This document shows positions 63,014 through 64,000 of a stretch of DNA of 64,000 bases, one piece after another. Source of the stretch: Takakia lepidozioides (lineage: Eukaryota > Plantae > Bryophyta); contig CM060732.1 of NCBI GenBank assembly GCA_030704615.1, positions 48,174,001 to 48,238,000 on the forward strand, given 5' to 3'. Each line of letters opens with the position of its first letter. Position 1 is the stretch's first letter. Position numbers and translations under genes: made by a program. The notes under the pieces were generated by a model, which was given only the letters and a program-made list of their open reading frames with translations, did no database searches and was not told the origin of the DNA.

Positions 63014-63727
63014 ATGATCCTTAACCTCCAATCTTGGAACATTAGAGGGCTTGGATCGGACCAGGCTTCTCTCAAAATATTGAAGATCAAAACATGGCTA
63101 GCCCCCTTTCTTTTCCAGTGACTCAATAATCTTTTTGCAGGAACACAAACTCGATCAGGATAAAATAGATAATCTTACAGACTATTTATGGCCCCTAGCA
63201 AGTGCAAACTGGAAACCCACTTCCTCGACACAAAAGGAGGGACATCAATTCTGCTTTCCCCTCCATTCATCCCTTTCTTTTATCTCAAGATATTTGGATC
63301 CCAGGTAGGCTACAGTTATGCTCGATAGCACTTCCCAACTCAGGTGGCTCCATCGGGCTAGTGAATGTATACACACCCAACACCTCTTTGGAGAGATCCA
63401 AGTTTTGGAATACCCTTAACCTTCGAATGAGAGAACAGCCTGCAATAGATAGTTGGTTAGTGGCAGGTGACTTCAATATGGTAGAATCTCAGGATGATAG
63501 AAGAGGGGGGGAATTGTTCAACCCCAACCCAGACGAAATGGATCAATGGTTCAACTGTATGTAAACTCATAGCTTTTCAGAGGCTGTTCCCATCTTTGGG
63601 CAGACTTCAAATATCAGATTCACATGGTCAAACAACATATCACTAACTTAGTATGGCTCGGCTGGACATAGTTTACATCTCCCTCAACCTGGTTCAGCTT
63701 TCCAAAAGATCTCCACAGGAACCCATC
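63014..63727 (+). mobile_element. Decayed L1-type LINE ORF2 AP-endonuclease domain; possible ORF1 remnant upstream at 62380-63000
   Basis: MILNLQSWNIRGLG, FLQEHKL, NVYTPN, WLVAGDFNMV, FTWSN and ARLD. Frameshifts and stops. Confidence 0.85.
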
Positions 63728-64000
63728 TGTTAGAGGGCTGCTTGGGACTTAGACGCTTTTACGGGATCTGTGGGGTACCCTTAATTTTTACACAGACTGA
63801 GACCAACAGGAGCCTTAGGGGGTGACAGCAACAGGCTTTAGGGGGGAAGATACACAACCCGACACAGTCCTGCACAGCCATCACAGCTTCGCACAGTCAA
63901 CACAGCCCGTCACAGTCCAACACAGCCCGTCACAGTCCAACACAGCTCGTCATAGTCCAACATAGCCCGTCATAGCCAATCACAGCCCGACACAGCCGCC
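63728..64000 (+). mobile_element. Start of another LTR of the same gypsy family, opposite orientation, inserted in the LINE
   Basis: tgttagaggg...gggacttagac...acgggatctgt.gggtacccttaattttt.cacagactgagaccaacaggagccttagg is a diverged reverse complement of the LTR end at 55950-56050. A CACAGC array follows. Confidence 0.92.

Overview
Eukaryotic, intron-containing land-plant nuclear DNA. A non-seed plant such as a bryophyte or lycophyte is plausible from the TE lineages, but this is not proven. There are four host genes: GTP cyclohydrolase I (5' part outside the window), a BPA1-like RRM protein, an atypical secreted thaumatin-like protein and an OSCA/CSC1 mechanosensitive channel. They sit among many TEs: two LINEs, a copia remnant, two tRNA-derived SINE families, a pogo-type DDE transposon, a hAT MITE with a TSD and a partial CACTA element. 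The right half holds a nested composite. A decayed Mutator-like element encodes a transposase resembling the domesticated At4g13970/At1g60560 family, plus a convergent large gene with a SIM-like motif and a Ulp1/C48 SUMO-protease domain, and it is saturated with CAGTCY motif arrays. A young, complete 13.4-kb Ty3/gypsy element (TSD GCAGT) inserted into that gene. The retroelement has an extra 5' ORF, about 3.8 kb of non-env 3' accessory coding sequence and its own CACAGC motif arrays. The pairing of accessory protein and element-specific motif arrays in both TEs recalls the VANDAL/VANC anti-silencing architecture. It is the main candidate for an undescribed system. All family assignments come from motifs read by eye; no searches were run.
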